Shown here piece after piece: positions 38,591 through 50,010 of a stretch of 64,000 bases of DNA (positions within the stretch are counted from its first letter, which is position 1; every line of letters begins with the position of its first letter). This DNA comes from Vicugna vicugna (taxonomy: Eukaryota): contig MU061579.1 in NCBI GenBank assembly GCA_013265495.1, positions 2,601,319-2,665,318 on the forward strand. Direction: 5' to 3'. Under the pieces are notes generated by a model. It ran no database searches and was not told where the DNA came from. It was given only the letters and a program-made list of their open reading frames with translations. Position numbers and translations under genes: made by a program.

Positions 38591-39470
38591 GCGCTGAAAA
38601 AAGGTCCCTGTAATTAGTGAAGCTGGTGAGTGAGGAGAATGACGGGTTAACCATGGGCAAGGTGAGCTCCTAAAAGCACTTGAAGTTTTCACACAGAGCT
38701 GGATACCTTTTTAACACATTTGAGAGGCCTCTGAAGGATCTGAGGTTTTGGTGTAGAGACAGAAATTACTGGATTGAAGATCCACTTAAGGTTTGGAAGG
38801 GGTAATTTCTAAACTGAAAAGAAAACAAGAACTTTTAGATTTCATGGACAAAAATGTTAGAGAAAAAAAGCAAACCTTTATGAGAAGATAAAAACAAGAA
38901 AGAAATGGAAAGTTTACTATTTTTCAAGAATTTAACTAGCCTTTCAGTGAAATAAGCAGGCAAACTTTAAATTCTCACTTGCCCTGTACTTAATTTAAGG
39001 TGTCACTTTTGATGAATTATTTACCATTTATATTTCTCTTTTTTTTTTTTTTTGGTTTTTGACATTATATTATGCTTTCTTTTTTTTTATAATTGGCTGT
39101 ATTCCTTTATGCAATCCGTTTTTTAATTCAATTTTAGCTATACTACATAATTTAATGGCTCTTTCTGTTGTCAACTTTGTATAATTACTATTGCTGAGGT
39201 GAATCTTTTTTGCCATGTAGCATCTAAAAGAAAATAATAATTTAAAAATGAAAAGTGTAAAGTAGTCTGCACAAATCCTCTGAGAAAGGAACAAAGGGAT
39301 CATATTGGGGATAGAAGAAAGATTTAGGTCAAACTCTTAAAGAGAAAAACTCTAATATATGCTTAAGGAACATATGGTGTGTCAGAACCATGAAATGGTT
39401 CTTTTATAAGACTGTATTCCACAGTAAATTTCCTGTATTATTCAGTCTTGTTAGTAGCCATCATCATCAC

Positions 39471-39620
39471 TTTTTGTTTGTTTGTTTGTTTGTTTTGTGG
39501 GGGAGGGAGGTAATTAGATTGATTTGTTTGTTAATATATTTGTATATATATACTGGGGATTAGAACCCAGAACCTCCTGCTTGCTAAGCACACACTCTAC
39601 CACTGAGCTATATCCTCCCC
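39471..39620 (-). mobile_element. tRNA-Ala-derived camelid SINE (Vic-1 type)
   Basis: Minus strand begins GGGGAGGATATAGCTCAGTGGTAGAGTGTGTGCTTAGCAAGCAGGAGGTTCTGGGTTCTAATCCCCAGTA (A and B boxes) and ends in a (AAAC)n tail. Confidence 0.85.
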
Positions 39621-39959
39621 GCAATTATCACTTTAAAATAATTTATGACCTACGTTGTGTAGGTCAGTATGCCGGGCACTGGAAAGAAAAGTGGTATTTT
39701 GTCTGAAATCAGGCTTAGAAGACAGCTTTCCTCTGGTGCTGTAAACTCCATTTCCTTTGCAGGATTTTACTGTCAAGATTTTCAATCCAAAACATGAAAA
39801 GATCAATCTAAATTAAATCTGGATTGAGGATACATACAAACAGATGTTAGGGGAGGCTCAGAATAGAGATACATTTTGAGAATATATTAAATGTTTAAAA
39901 ATTTGTATTTGTTTATACCACAGATGGGGAAGTTGAGAAATTCTTATTTAAAAAGTAGT

Positions 39960-40170
39960 ACTAGCTTGTGTTTACATAACACTTCATAGTTTCAAAGTCT
40001 TTATACTTCCAATATTTCATATGAGACTCAGAATAATTCTTGAGGTAAACAAAGCAGCCACTTTCCCAAGTGTGTGAACGAAGTAAGAGCCAAGTGGATG
40101 AGAGACCTGCATAGATCTTGCGTAGGACAGGTGTGAGCTCAAACCCTCACTTTCTGTTCTGCTTTTCAAA
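39960..40170 (-). mobile_element. MIR fragment
   Basis: ctagcttgtgtttacataacacttcatagtttcaaagtc...aataattcttgaggtaaac. Confidence 0.5.
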
Positions 40171-40307
40171 GACCTTTCTACTGTGCTCGGCAGCTTTGTT
40201 ATCTTCTGTCTAGAAAAAATAAGGCCAAAGTAAGTTGAACTATTTGGATTATAAAGAGAAATTAATTGTAAGCCTTACACTGAAGTTTAAAATAAAATGA
40301 AACTCAC

Positions 40308-40322
40308 CGGTGTTGTGTGGTG
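40308..40322 (-). other. Candidate 15-nt frame-preserving microexon (CACCACACAACACCG)
   Basis: Donor CCG|gtgagt; acceptor tcatacag| preceded by about 87 nt with no AG and a pyrimidine tract. Confidence 0.25.
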
Positions 40323-40489
40323 CTGTATGAATTATCGAGAAAAGACACAGAATTTGTTTTGTGAAAATATTTAGAGAGCATCATATGACAGAAGCAATCG
40401 TTTATCAAGTGCTAACTATGAACCAGATAGTTTCTCCAGGGATATTATTATGTCCATTTTAGAAATGAGAAGATATACTCAGTGTTCCT

Positions 40490-41000
40490 ACTCTATCAAT
40501 CAGGACTGTTAATTTTCATTCATAGAAGCCGCTCTAGCTCATTTAAGGATTTTATTTAAGGATGGTAGTAATTCTCCAGCTCTCCGTGAGGTCAGGGGAA
40601 TCTGGCTTAGAGGCTGGGCAGCCAGGACCTGTGCATGCCCTGGGGCACCCTTCAGAGATCCCGCAGTTTGTGACACAGACAGGGACCATGCAGATCACGT
40701 GGGAGGCCAACAAGGGGAGCCCTGCCATCTGTCCCTCTGCTGTGCTCTACCAGCCTTCATCCGAGAATGAATTATTCATAGTCTCTTCTCTGAGTGAAAA
40801 AAACCTCACGGAGGTGCATCTCATTCATTAAGTCTTCGCCACATCACAGAATCACATCAGTCACATGAGTGAGTTGAAGGGAAGCTGGGAAAACAAGTTC
40901 TCAAGTTCTGGCTTTTTTTTTTTTCCCCATGAAAGTAGTATTGATAAAGAGGTAAATTCCCCAAACAAAGGACTTCTGATTAAAAATGATCGCCAAAATC
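40490..41000 (-). mobile_element. Old MLT1 MaLR LTR
   Basis: tatcaatcaggactgttaattttc...agtcacatgagtgagttgaagggaagctgggaaaacaagt. Confidence 0.55.
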
Positions 41001-41023
41001 AGGACACATGTCTACCCTGCCAC

Positions 41024-41547
41024 TGTGGTAGATTTTAGAAGTGGCCGTAAATTCATTCTTTACATAGACTCAGGCCTTTACTGTGTGAGGATTGAAGCTC
41101 CTTCTATCAAAAGGTAGAGCGTTTTCCCCCAAACCTTAAGTCTGAGCAGGGCATGAGACCTGCCTGCACAGTGTAGTGAGGTACAAAGGGCACTGCGCCC
41201 CTTCCAAAGCCTGCACCTCCAGACGCTTTCTGCACGTCCGCTCTCCCTCTAAGAACTCTGCTATCCCGGGGGAGCACCAGCAAGCTCACGTCCTGAAGGA
41301 CGGAGACTGCACGAAGTAGACGGTGACACCACAGCCTGGGCCCAGACATACGCGAGGGTCACAAAAGGGACCCCAGGCCACCCGCAGTTGACCGCGGATG
41401 CCTGCATGAGCTCCACTGGACAGTCAACCTGGGCTACATCAGAAGACCCCCCTCAGCCCACCTGCAGACCATGAGCCCCTTTATTCTTGACCTTATGAGC
41501 TACTAAAACTTAAGGTGGTTTGTATGCAGCAAAAGCCATATGATAGA
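41024..41547 (+). mobile_element. MLT1F-like MaLR solo LTR
   Basis: tgtggtaga start; agctccttctatcaaaaggtagag; end ctactaaaacttaaggtggtttgtatgcagcaaaagc. Confidence 0.8.
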
Positions 41548-42899
41548 CTTACAGAAACGTTATTTCCATTTCCATAAGGCATTCCTGTGCAGAATGCTCT
41601 TCACACACTAAAGTTCTTTTGGAAGGCAGGTGTGGGCAAGATGAAGGTTTTAGATCGTACGACAGACACTTTGCATGGCTCTTCAAGCACACTTGTACTT
41701 GGCATTGTGCACAGGTTTCACTGTGCACTTGATTGCCTTAAGGGACAGCCAAACAGGGATTTCCTTCATATGTTCTGAAATTACTCTAATGCCAATAGAG
41801 CTTTTTATCACAGCCTTCTAATGTAAGTTGATATATTTATTTTCCCACTCTGTTTAACTGTGTATTGCAGTGTTCTTTTCTTATCCGAATAGCCCCTCAA
41901 TAGCTGTTTACTGTAATATTCGCAACTTGGTCTCCTCCCTGACAGCAGGGTAATACAGCTTAATGAAATATTTGTAAAGCCCAATGAACTGCGCAGAAGA
42001 AATGTGCTTTTAAGTTCTAAATGATGTTTCTTACTAACACCATTAATAACATATTTTTTCTGCATCTCTGTAGCTTGCAGTTTCACTCAACCAACTCTGC
42101 ACCTTGGAGTCACCCCAAATGAAATGTCAGGTGTATGAATGTCTCACAGAGAAAAACTATCAAAGTCAAACGCACTGTAGAAGCTGTCCTAAACCAGTTT
42201 GGGTCTTCAACTGGTTTGGGAATTACCTGAGAAAATGGCAAATTGCTAAAATACTTTCCAGTAATGTTTCTTGTCTTCATGATGATCATGATGCTTTAAA
42301 ACCTCTTTTCGCCTGGCATTATTTAGATATTATTATTTAATTGCATCACATTGTTAATGGCATACGATAATGTATCTCTAAGTTCTCCTCTGTTAGGCTC
42401 TGTCATATCTGAGATCATGCTGAGCCCAATGGATCACAAGCTGTTGAAGCCAAAAGAAACTTTTAAGTTAATACATATTAAGAGTTAAATATGATGCCTG
42501 GAAAGGAGTAATTAGGCAATAAACATTAGTTTCTAGTATTATTATTACTGTTATTATTAAACTTTCTCATTTTAAAGATGAGAAAATTGAAGCTTCTACA
42601 TAAATATTGCCAGTAATGTATTACATAATATGGAAATAATTTTTCCACTGAGTAATACATTGCTAAAACCCATTCATATTCCTGGATATAGCTACTGATC
42701 ATTTATTTTGACTGCTATATAATATTCCATGAAGAATACACTGCACTTAATTATTCATACTTGCTCACTGTCTCTAAATCTACTTTAAGTTCTCCAATCA
42801 AACTACATGTTTTGTTTGCATATACATCAACTCTTTCTTAAAATTAACTCACACTTTCCTTGACTACAGCTTAATCTTCATTTCTCAGGGAATCATTCA

Positions 42900-43145
42900 T
42901 TGCTTTCTCTGATGGCATTAATTCTCCTTATTGAAAATGTACGTACTTCTCCACTGAAGTAATGTTTTATTTGTGGGTTTTATTTCCTGATTATTCTATC
43001 AGTCTTTCTCCTCCACTGTATTATAATCTTCATCAGGGGAAAGCCTATACCTTTTTTTTTATTATTATTATTATTTATTCCTTAGCACCTAACACAGCAC
43101 TTGGTACTTAGTACATATTTTTTAACAGAATGGATGCAGTGAATG
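42900..43145 (+). mobile_element. L2 3' end
   Basis: ccttagcacctaacacagcacttggtacttagtac...agaatggatg. Confidence 0.65.
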
Positions 43146-43709
43146 TTTCTCATTAATATTTTTGTTTGTGTAAGTTCTCCTAAGACAACTCAAAGAATTG
43201 TTGCACTCTATCTAGGCAGAAGTGGTTACAAACACAGATGGAACAGATGAAGGAGCGTAAAGATGTGAAAACAACTGGCATCTGGGTTATTTCCAAAACC
43301 AACTGCAACAAAACACTGGCAAGAACCATATAGAGACGAATAGGGACATAGACAGAACAGTAATGAATTGATATTTGGTTTGCCATGTCTCATGCCTTTG
43401 ATCTGGGTCAAATTGTTGAGAATTGAAAAAGGTGTGTAGTCTAGCTCTTTTGTCGTTGTTGTTTTTAATTTGAAAACTGAGAGAGCTAGAGTAAATCATT
43501 TTAATGTGTTTTCCAGAGCTTCCGTTTAAGGTATTTGTTTTGCATACATATTAATTAATTCATTTATAATAATGCTGTTTTCCATCTTTATAAGTTTTTT
43601 TTTGTAGGTAACCTAGTTCTATCAATGAACTTATACTCAGTATTACTGTGCACATGAAACCTTAATACCTGCTGTCTTGACTCTGTTTTGCCAGAAGAGA
43701 GATACTAAC

Positions 43710-43787
43710 ATAAGATCATCCTGTTCCTGCAGTGTTTCTTGAAGGACTTTATCATCATCTACTTCTTCAGGTAGATGAATATTAAAG
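43710..43787 (-). CDS. Candidate exon (FNIHLPEEVDDDKVLQETLQEQDDL); acceptor ambiguous, gene unidentified
   Basis: Open, acidic, protein-like frame after a T-tract; donor TAT|gttagt; several possible AGs. Confidence 0.18.
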
Positions 43788-44084
43788 CTTTTAGTCTCAA
43801 AAAAAAAAAAACTGCCGTATCTCTCTCTTATAACTATGTTCATTCTTAAATTAAAAAAAAAATTCTTCTAAAATTAATAGTCTCCATGGCCATGTAAGTT
43901 ATAGGACACCTTCTGGCATCCTGCTTGATTATGTTCACTAAAAATTCCTCTTAAAAACTACAGAACAATGTTGGCTTCGTTCCTATTAGCAAAAGTCACT
44001 GATTTCTGATAAACTTTCGCAATCCGGTTCTAAGCTCCAGCTTTGCCATTGGTTTGTTCTGCTTCTTATGTTCCGTCTCCTCAC

Positions 44085-44127
44085 GATCTGACCACAGATG
44101 GAGCGAGATTACTCTCTTCATCTCCTT
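44085..44127 (-). CDS. Candidate 43-nt exon (EGDEESNLAPSVVRS or KEMKRVISLHLWSD), gene unidentified
   Basis: Acceptor gattttctctag| and donor ATC|gtgagg; purine-rich. Confidence 0.18.
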
Positions 44128-44811
44128 CTAGAGAAAATCACCTCCTGTGGTTTAGACCAAGCAAACATGAAGCAGTTTTAAAGGTATTCTTATTTCAAAA
44201 GGCATTGGAGGATATAAATGATCAATATTTTAAAAATTAAAAACTGTCCTAAAACTTCTATTTTAAACCTCTCCCTTATAAGATATTACGTCTGCCTTTA
44301 CAGTGTACTAAGATCTTACATCAGTTATATTGTCACAAAGTGGAAGCCTAATGCATCCCTTTACCTGCCACTTTCTATTCAGAGTTTACTTGCAGTCACC
44401 TGGCCTTACCACTAGATGGTGGTAAAACTAGTAAGGCATTCAACGTGCCTGGGGCAGGAAACCAGAGAATGAGCACAAAGAAGTGAAGTTTAGGGGTTTA
44501 TTGGGCATAACATAATAAATAAATTAGCGAAATATGAGAACAGGAGGTTCCTGAACTCAGAATGATGAGGTGTTTTTTCATTCTCATTTCTGTTCCTTAA
44601 TTCTCAACTGAGCTGAATACTTTTAAATATTTTCCTTTTCAAATTTAATTGTCAATTGAACTTTCAAAAAAATACTAAAATGTTACTTAAATTTTCTCTT
44701 CTCTTTGATTTGAATTGTATCATTATTTTTGAAAACGGTTTGTAGAAGATGGGTTTTGTGGGTTATGTTCATGAACGGCTCACTCTGTGTATGTTAATAA
44801 GTATGTAATAT

Positions 44812-44863
44812 TTCTATCTAGCTAGCTATCAATCCATCTATCTAGCTAGCTAGCTAGCTATCT
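44812..44863. repeat. (TAGC)n/(TATC)n microsatellite
   Basis: Read directly from the sequence. Confidence 0.85.
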
Positions 44864-44960
44864 AATCTTATATCCCCAACTTAAAGATTCAGAAATTAAA
44901 TTATTTACCCTTTTTTAAATTCCCCACAGCAACTACTACTGACATATAAACATAGCCAGT

Positions 44961-45421
44961 TGTATCAGTCAGGATTCTCCAAAGAAACAGACCAATAAGC
45001 CATATACAGATATAACAGAAACACATTTATTATGGCTGGCTTACATGAGTGTGGAGGCTGAGGAGTCCCATGTCTGGCTGTCTGCAAGCTGGAGGCCTAG
45101 GAAAGCCAGGGGTGTAATTCCTGTCCAAACCCAAAGGCCGGAGAATCAGGAGTGCTGATGTCCGTGGGCAAGAGAAGAAGGATATTCCAGTTCAAGTAAA
45201 AAAAAGAGCAAATTCGTTTTTCTTGGTTCTATCAGGCCCTCAACAAATTGTAATTTGCTCACTAACATTGGTAAGGCAGTCTTTTTCACTCGGTCTTCTT
45301 ATTCAAATGCTGATCTTTTCCAGAAAACCTTCCTTCACAGACACATCCATAAATGATGTTTTACTAGCTACCTAGACATCCCTTAGCCCAGCCATGCTGA
45401 CACACAGGATTAACCATCACA
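44961..45421 (-). mobile_element. MLT2 (ERVL) solo LTR
   Basis: tgtatcagtcaggattctccaaagaaacaga...gctgacacacaggattaaccatcaca; near TSD ccagt/acagt. Confidence 0.85.
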
Positions 45422-46200
45422 ACAGTGCCCCACAGATTCTTGTTGAAAGATATGCTGTTCTGACTCCTGTTCAGATCTTCCACCAATTATGTACTCTATT
45501 CTGGACAGGTCACCTGACCCCAGCGTTTTTGGACCATTGACCCTATGAAATCCACAGGCAATGGTCTCTAAGGAAATTAGCAAGGCCAAGTCTTGGAAGA
45601 GATGACCTCAGTATCTCCCCAGCTTAGACACTTGAGGTAGGACATGCTGTAATCTCTCCATTCTTCCCCTGGAGTGTGTCCACTGCTCTCCCTTCTTACT
45701 GTTGTCCCACTTCGAGGCCTCATTGTTGCTTGTTCTATTTTGCAGCTTAGTTGCTTTTCAGTAGGGGGTTTTGCCTTTCTGTGGTGGGTGTCCTCAGCTG
45801 AGTATAATTACGGACTCTCCCACATGGCCTTTCTTCACGTCTTCCAAAATATCTCCACCATAAGTTGTTAAAGAAAGCAGGAGGCGAGTGGGTGAGGTCT
45901 TAATGAATATCACCTGCAGTTCCATCGTTCCAGAATAATATGCAAAGAAAAGGACAGGTCTTCTTTTGAGCAGCCAAATATTTAAGAAAATAGCAACCTT
46001 CACTATGATAAGCCATTCTTCATCCAGGAAGCATGAGAAAAATATCGTGGTCGTGCATTTTCTCCCTTCGGTCAACTCTTCCTCTTTTTCTGTTCCATAA
46101 CACAGCAGTTCAAAGAATTAAATACAACATATACTTTCTTCATGAGACTCTAAAATCCTAAAGGCAGGAACTTGAAAATCTGTATCCCTGTCGTCTGAAC

Positions 46201-46420
46201 CAGGAGTCTAAACTAAAGCCCCTTGGGCCTAATTTGTCCTGCCACCTGTTTTTGTAAATAAAGTTTTATTGGCATAAGCCACAGCCATTCATTTATGCTT
46301 GCCTGTGATTGCTTCTTGCACTACAAGGCAGAAGGAAGTAGCCGTGACAGAGGACTTGTAGCCTGTAAGGCTTAACATATTTACTTTTTTGGCCTTTACA
46401 GAAAAAGTCTGCCAATGCAG
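46201..46420 (+). mobile_element. MER58A-type hAT-Charlie MITE
   Basis: cctgccacctgtttttgtaaataaagttttattgg...ggcctttacagaaaaagtctgcc. Confidence 0.85.
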
Positions 46421-46821
46421 ATTTGGTAATTAAAAAAAAAACTTTGTTAAATAAATGAATTGATGGAGATTATTATCATATTGATGCAAATCTTGACTAT
46501 ACATAAAAATGCTGTTGGTTAAAATTGTATTTTTGCTTAAAATATGAGTCAAGAGATAATTAGTAAGTTATCTACAAAGAGTACAAGGCCAAATATGTTA
46601 CTTGATTTAATCAGCTTACCAAAATGGCCATAGTAGCCTTTGTCTTTTTGTGGGTTGTTTTGGAACCTGAAATTTCTGAGTGCTTTAATTACCTTTCCAA
46701 ATTGTGATTCATTTTTGTATCATATGGACTAAGTGTTACTGAAATGTGTTATTAAGGTTAGTTCCATGAAGAAGCAGTAATAATTTCTTGGCATATAAAT
46801 CATATAATCAAGTGAGATCAG

Positions 46822-47685
46822 TTTTTTTTAATAGATTTTATTTTTTACAGCAGCTTTAGGTTCAGAGTGAAATTGAGCAGCAGATACAGAGATTTCTCAT
46901 GTACCTCCTACCCCTACACAGTACCACCTCCTCCACTCAATATCTTTCCCCTTCCCCAGAGAGGGACATTTGTTACAGCTGATGAACCTACACTGACATA
47001 TTACCCAAAGTCCATAAATAACATTAGGGTTCACTCTTGGTGTTGTATATTCTGTAGGTTTAAACAAATGTATAATGCCATGTGTCCACAATTATAGTAC
47101 CATACAGAGTAGTTTCCCTGCCCTAAAAAGTTCTCTGTGCTCTATCTATTTATCTCTTCCTCCATCCTAACTCCTGGTAACCACTAATTTAATTATTGTC
47201 TTCATAGTTTGTCTTTTATAGAATGTCATACAGTTGGAATCATACAGTATGTAGGCTTTTCAGATCGGCTTCTTCCACTTAGTGATATGTGATTGAGTTT
47301 CCTCTGTATCTTTTTATACCTTGATAGCTCATTTCTTTTTAGCCTTCTGAATAATATTTTATTGTCTGGATGTACCATGGTATATTTATCCATTCATCTA
47401 CTAAAGGATATCTTGGTTGCTTCCAAGCTTTGGCAATAATGAATAAAGCTGCTATAAACTTGTATGCACAGGTTTTTGTGTGGACATAAGTTTTCAACTC
47501 ATTTGGGTAAATACCAAGGAGTGCAATTGCTGGATTGTATGGTAAGACTATGTTTAGTTTTGTAAGAAACTGCCAAACGGTCTTCTAAAATGGCTCTACC
47601 ACTTTGCATTTCCACTGGTAATGAATGAGAGTCCAGCATTCGGTGCTGTCAATGTTTTAGAGTTTCACCATTCTAATAGGTGTGG
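46822..47685 (-). mobile_element. L1MC1-like 3' end
   Basis: tttaggttcagagtgaaattgagcag...gatgaacctacactgacat...gtaagaaactgccaaac. Confidence 0.9.
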
Positions 47686-47849
47686 TTTTGTTTTCAAAGA
47701 TAAGATTTTTCAATGCTTTCAAAAATTTAAAAATAGACTCTGAATATCTGGGGATGTGGTAGAACATACATTTCTCAAAATACACTGATCATTGGAATGC
47801 ATTACTTTAGGATTGTTTATAGAATGAATGTTCCCAGACAACTGCTGAG

Positions 47850-47930
47850 AGCCTTATTGTGTCTCTGTGCCTAGCATCATGCCTGGCTCATAGCAACTGT
47901 CTGTGGATATTTGTTGAATCAATGAATTCT
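47850..47930 (+). mobile_element. L2 3' terminus
   Basis: gtgcctagcatcatgcctggctcatag...atatttgttgaatcaatgaat. Confidence 0.7.
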
Positions 47931-48891
47931 TGAGGTTGGAACTCAGAGAGAAATCTGGGTTCGCTGAAGTTTGAATGAATCCAGATATAGCGAAATAACC
48001 TTGAGCCTGCTTACTAAAAAGAAAGTCAGCACTCAAATGCAGAAAATCCCAAGGCTTAAGCTGAACTATTTATTATATAAATGTTCTATTTTAATAAAAT
48101 AGGTTAATTAAATGGTTAATTTTAGCATTAAAAAATAAATAGACATCTGAGACCAATTAATAGCTTTTTTTTGAGAGCCCGTACATTCGGCCAATACTTC
48201 ATAACAATGCAGTTTTCTTTGGCAGCCAGTAGTTTGTTGATGGCCGTTTTCTTTGTCAGAACTGTTATCAAACTGTGCTATTAAAAGAGATTTATTTGGT
48301 AAGATCTGGGTGGATCTGTAACAAATAAGCAGACGGTCCAAGCTGTTGTCTAAAGTACAAGAGTTTGGAGAGACTTTTCTTTATCCTCTTGGCGTAAGCC
48401 ACATTTTACCATATTTTGAATATGATCTGAGCAAGGCTTCCCAAATGCATCTCATACAATTATACATTTAAGTTAGCATTTTATTTTGAAAAGAATGTTT
48501 TTGTAACTTTGTATTTGGCTTCATATATTCATCTAATACATGATTTTTGTTGGCTTAAACACTTTTCCCCAGCACTTATTCTAAATAGCAAATTGATGTT
48601 GTTCCATTGTACAAATGGGGAAGCTAAATTCTGGAGCAGGTTTCTATGCTATTTTAACACTGAGAGTATAAAACAGAGTGGTGTTTATGAATTTAAATAT
48701 TGATCTGCCTTTCAAGCTAAACTTTTTTGTGAAAATTCAATTGCATGGCTTTGATCTGTATATGTTTTTTATTCTTTATAGTAATAAACATATAATGATT
48801 AGTGTCCTTATCACTCTTCAAAAATTCTGAAATGATTTAGCTTTTTTTTTTTCCCTTGGTCAAGCTGTTAAGAGGATTGTGGAAGTATTTA

Positions 48892-49232
48892 TAGTTGTCC
48901 CTTGGTATCTGTGGGGAATTGGTTCCAGGACACCCACGAGTATCGAAATTCTTGGCTGCTCAAGTCCATTATATAAAATGGTGTACTATTTGCATATAAC
49001 CTACGCACATCCTCTGTATACTTTAAATCACCTCTAGATTACTTATAATACCTAAGGTAATGTAAATTCTATGTAAATAGTTGTAAATACAATGCAAATG
49101 CTATGTAAATAGTTGCTGGTGTGTGGTAAATTCAAGTTTTACTTCTTGGAACTTTCTGGAATTTTTTTTTTTTTCCTATCCTTGGCCAGCTGAATCATCA
49201 GTAATAGAATCCTAGATATGGAGAGCTGACTA
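48892..49232 (+). mobile_element. MER2B-type TcMar-Tigger MITE
   Basis: Degenerate TIRs tagttgtcccttggtatct...agatatggagagctgacta; gcatataacctacgcacatcctc core. Confidence 0.85.
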
Positions 49233-49679
49233 TGTTTCTATTTCTGCTTTGAAAAACTTTATAGATACACCAAGCATGATAAAGAGAATTTTTTTTTAAT
49301 TTCACGACTGCTGCTCATATATAAATTTCCATAGGATGCAATTTTAATTCTCATAATTCTTGTCATATTAACACATAATATTAAGAAATTTTCAAATTTC
49401 AGGGTTTTTTTTTTCAAAATAGGTTTTTTGATCAAGGAAAATTCTGACTATGTACATGGAGGCTGTAAAATGTCTTAGAATTATTTAAACATACAATATG
49501 CAATGGACATACAGTTTGAAAAATGCTCCTACAAATAACGTTTAGTAAAAGTGATTTGTAAATCACTTTTTTAGAACACTTGATCTATTTTCTCAAGGGG
49601 ACAATATTATGAATAATTGTTTTGTATTGAACCAGTCTCACAGGCTTATGCAATCCATAATAAATAACAAATTGCCAGG

Positions 49680-50010
49680 AGGAAATGACCTGGGGATAAA
49701 GCCAAAGAGATAGAGGTAAGACTGTTGGTGGGAGGCTTTAAGTGTCATGATAACATTTGAGAAATGGACTGTAGAAAATGGGAATCATTAAAAGTTGTCT
49801 GGAGAACTGAACTAGTTTGACTTGAGTTTTGAAAAATACGTCTGTAAGGAGAGTGCTGCCTGTAGGTAAGGCTGAAGTTAGGGATGACAAATTAGGACTC
49901 TATTACAGAGTTCCAGAAATTTCATGAGAACCTCAACTCTATCATAATTCAAGGCACAGACAATGCTGAGGGGTTTTCTAGATATTTAGTGAGAAAGAAA
50001 ACAATTGAGG
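49680..50010 (-). mobile_element. L2 fragment
   Basis: gaggctttaagtgtcatgataacatttg...aatgggaatcattaaaag. Confidence 0.45.

Noticed and set aside
39550..39620. tRNA-like sequence
   Set aside because: It is the SINE head, with a degenerate T-arm and a repeat tail, not a functional tRNA gene.
49547..49570. Inverted repeat with 11-bp arms (aaaagtgattt-gt-aaatcactttt)
   Set aside because: AT-rich and isolated; plausible by chance or local template switching, with no supporting context.
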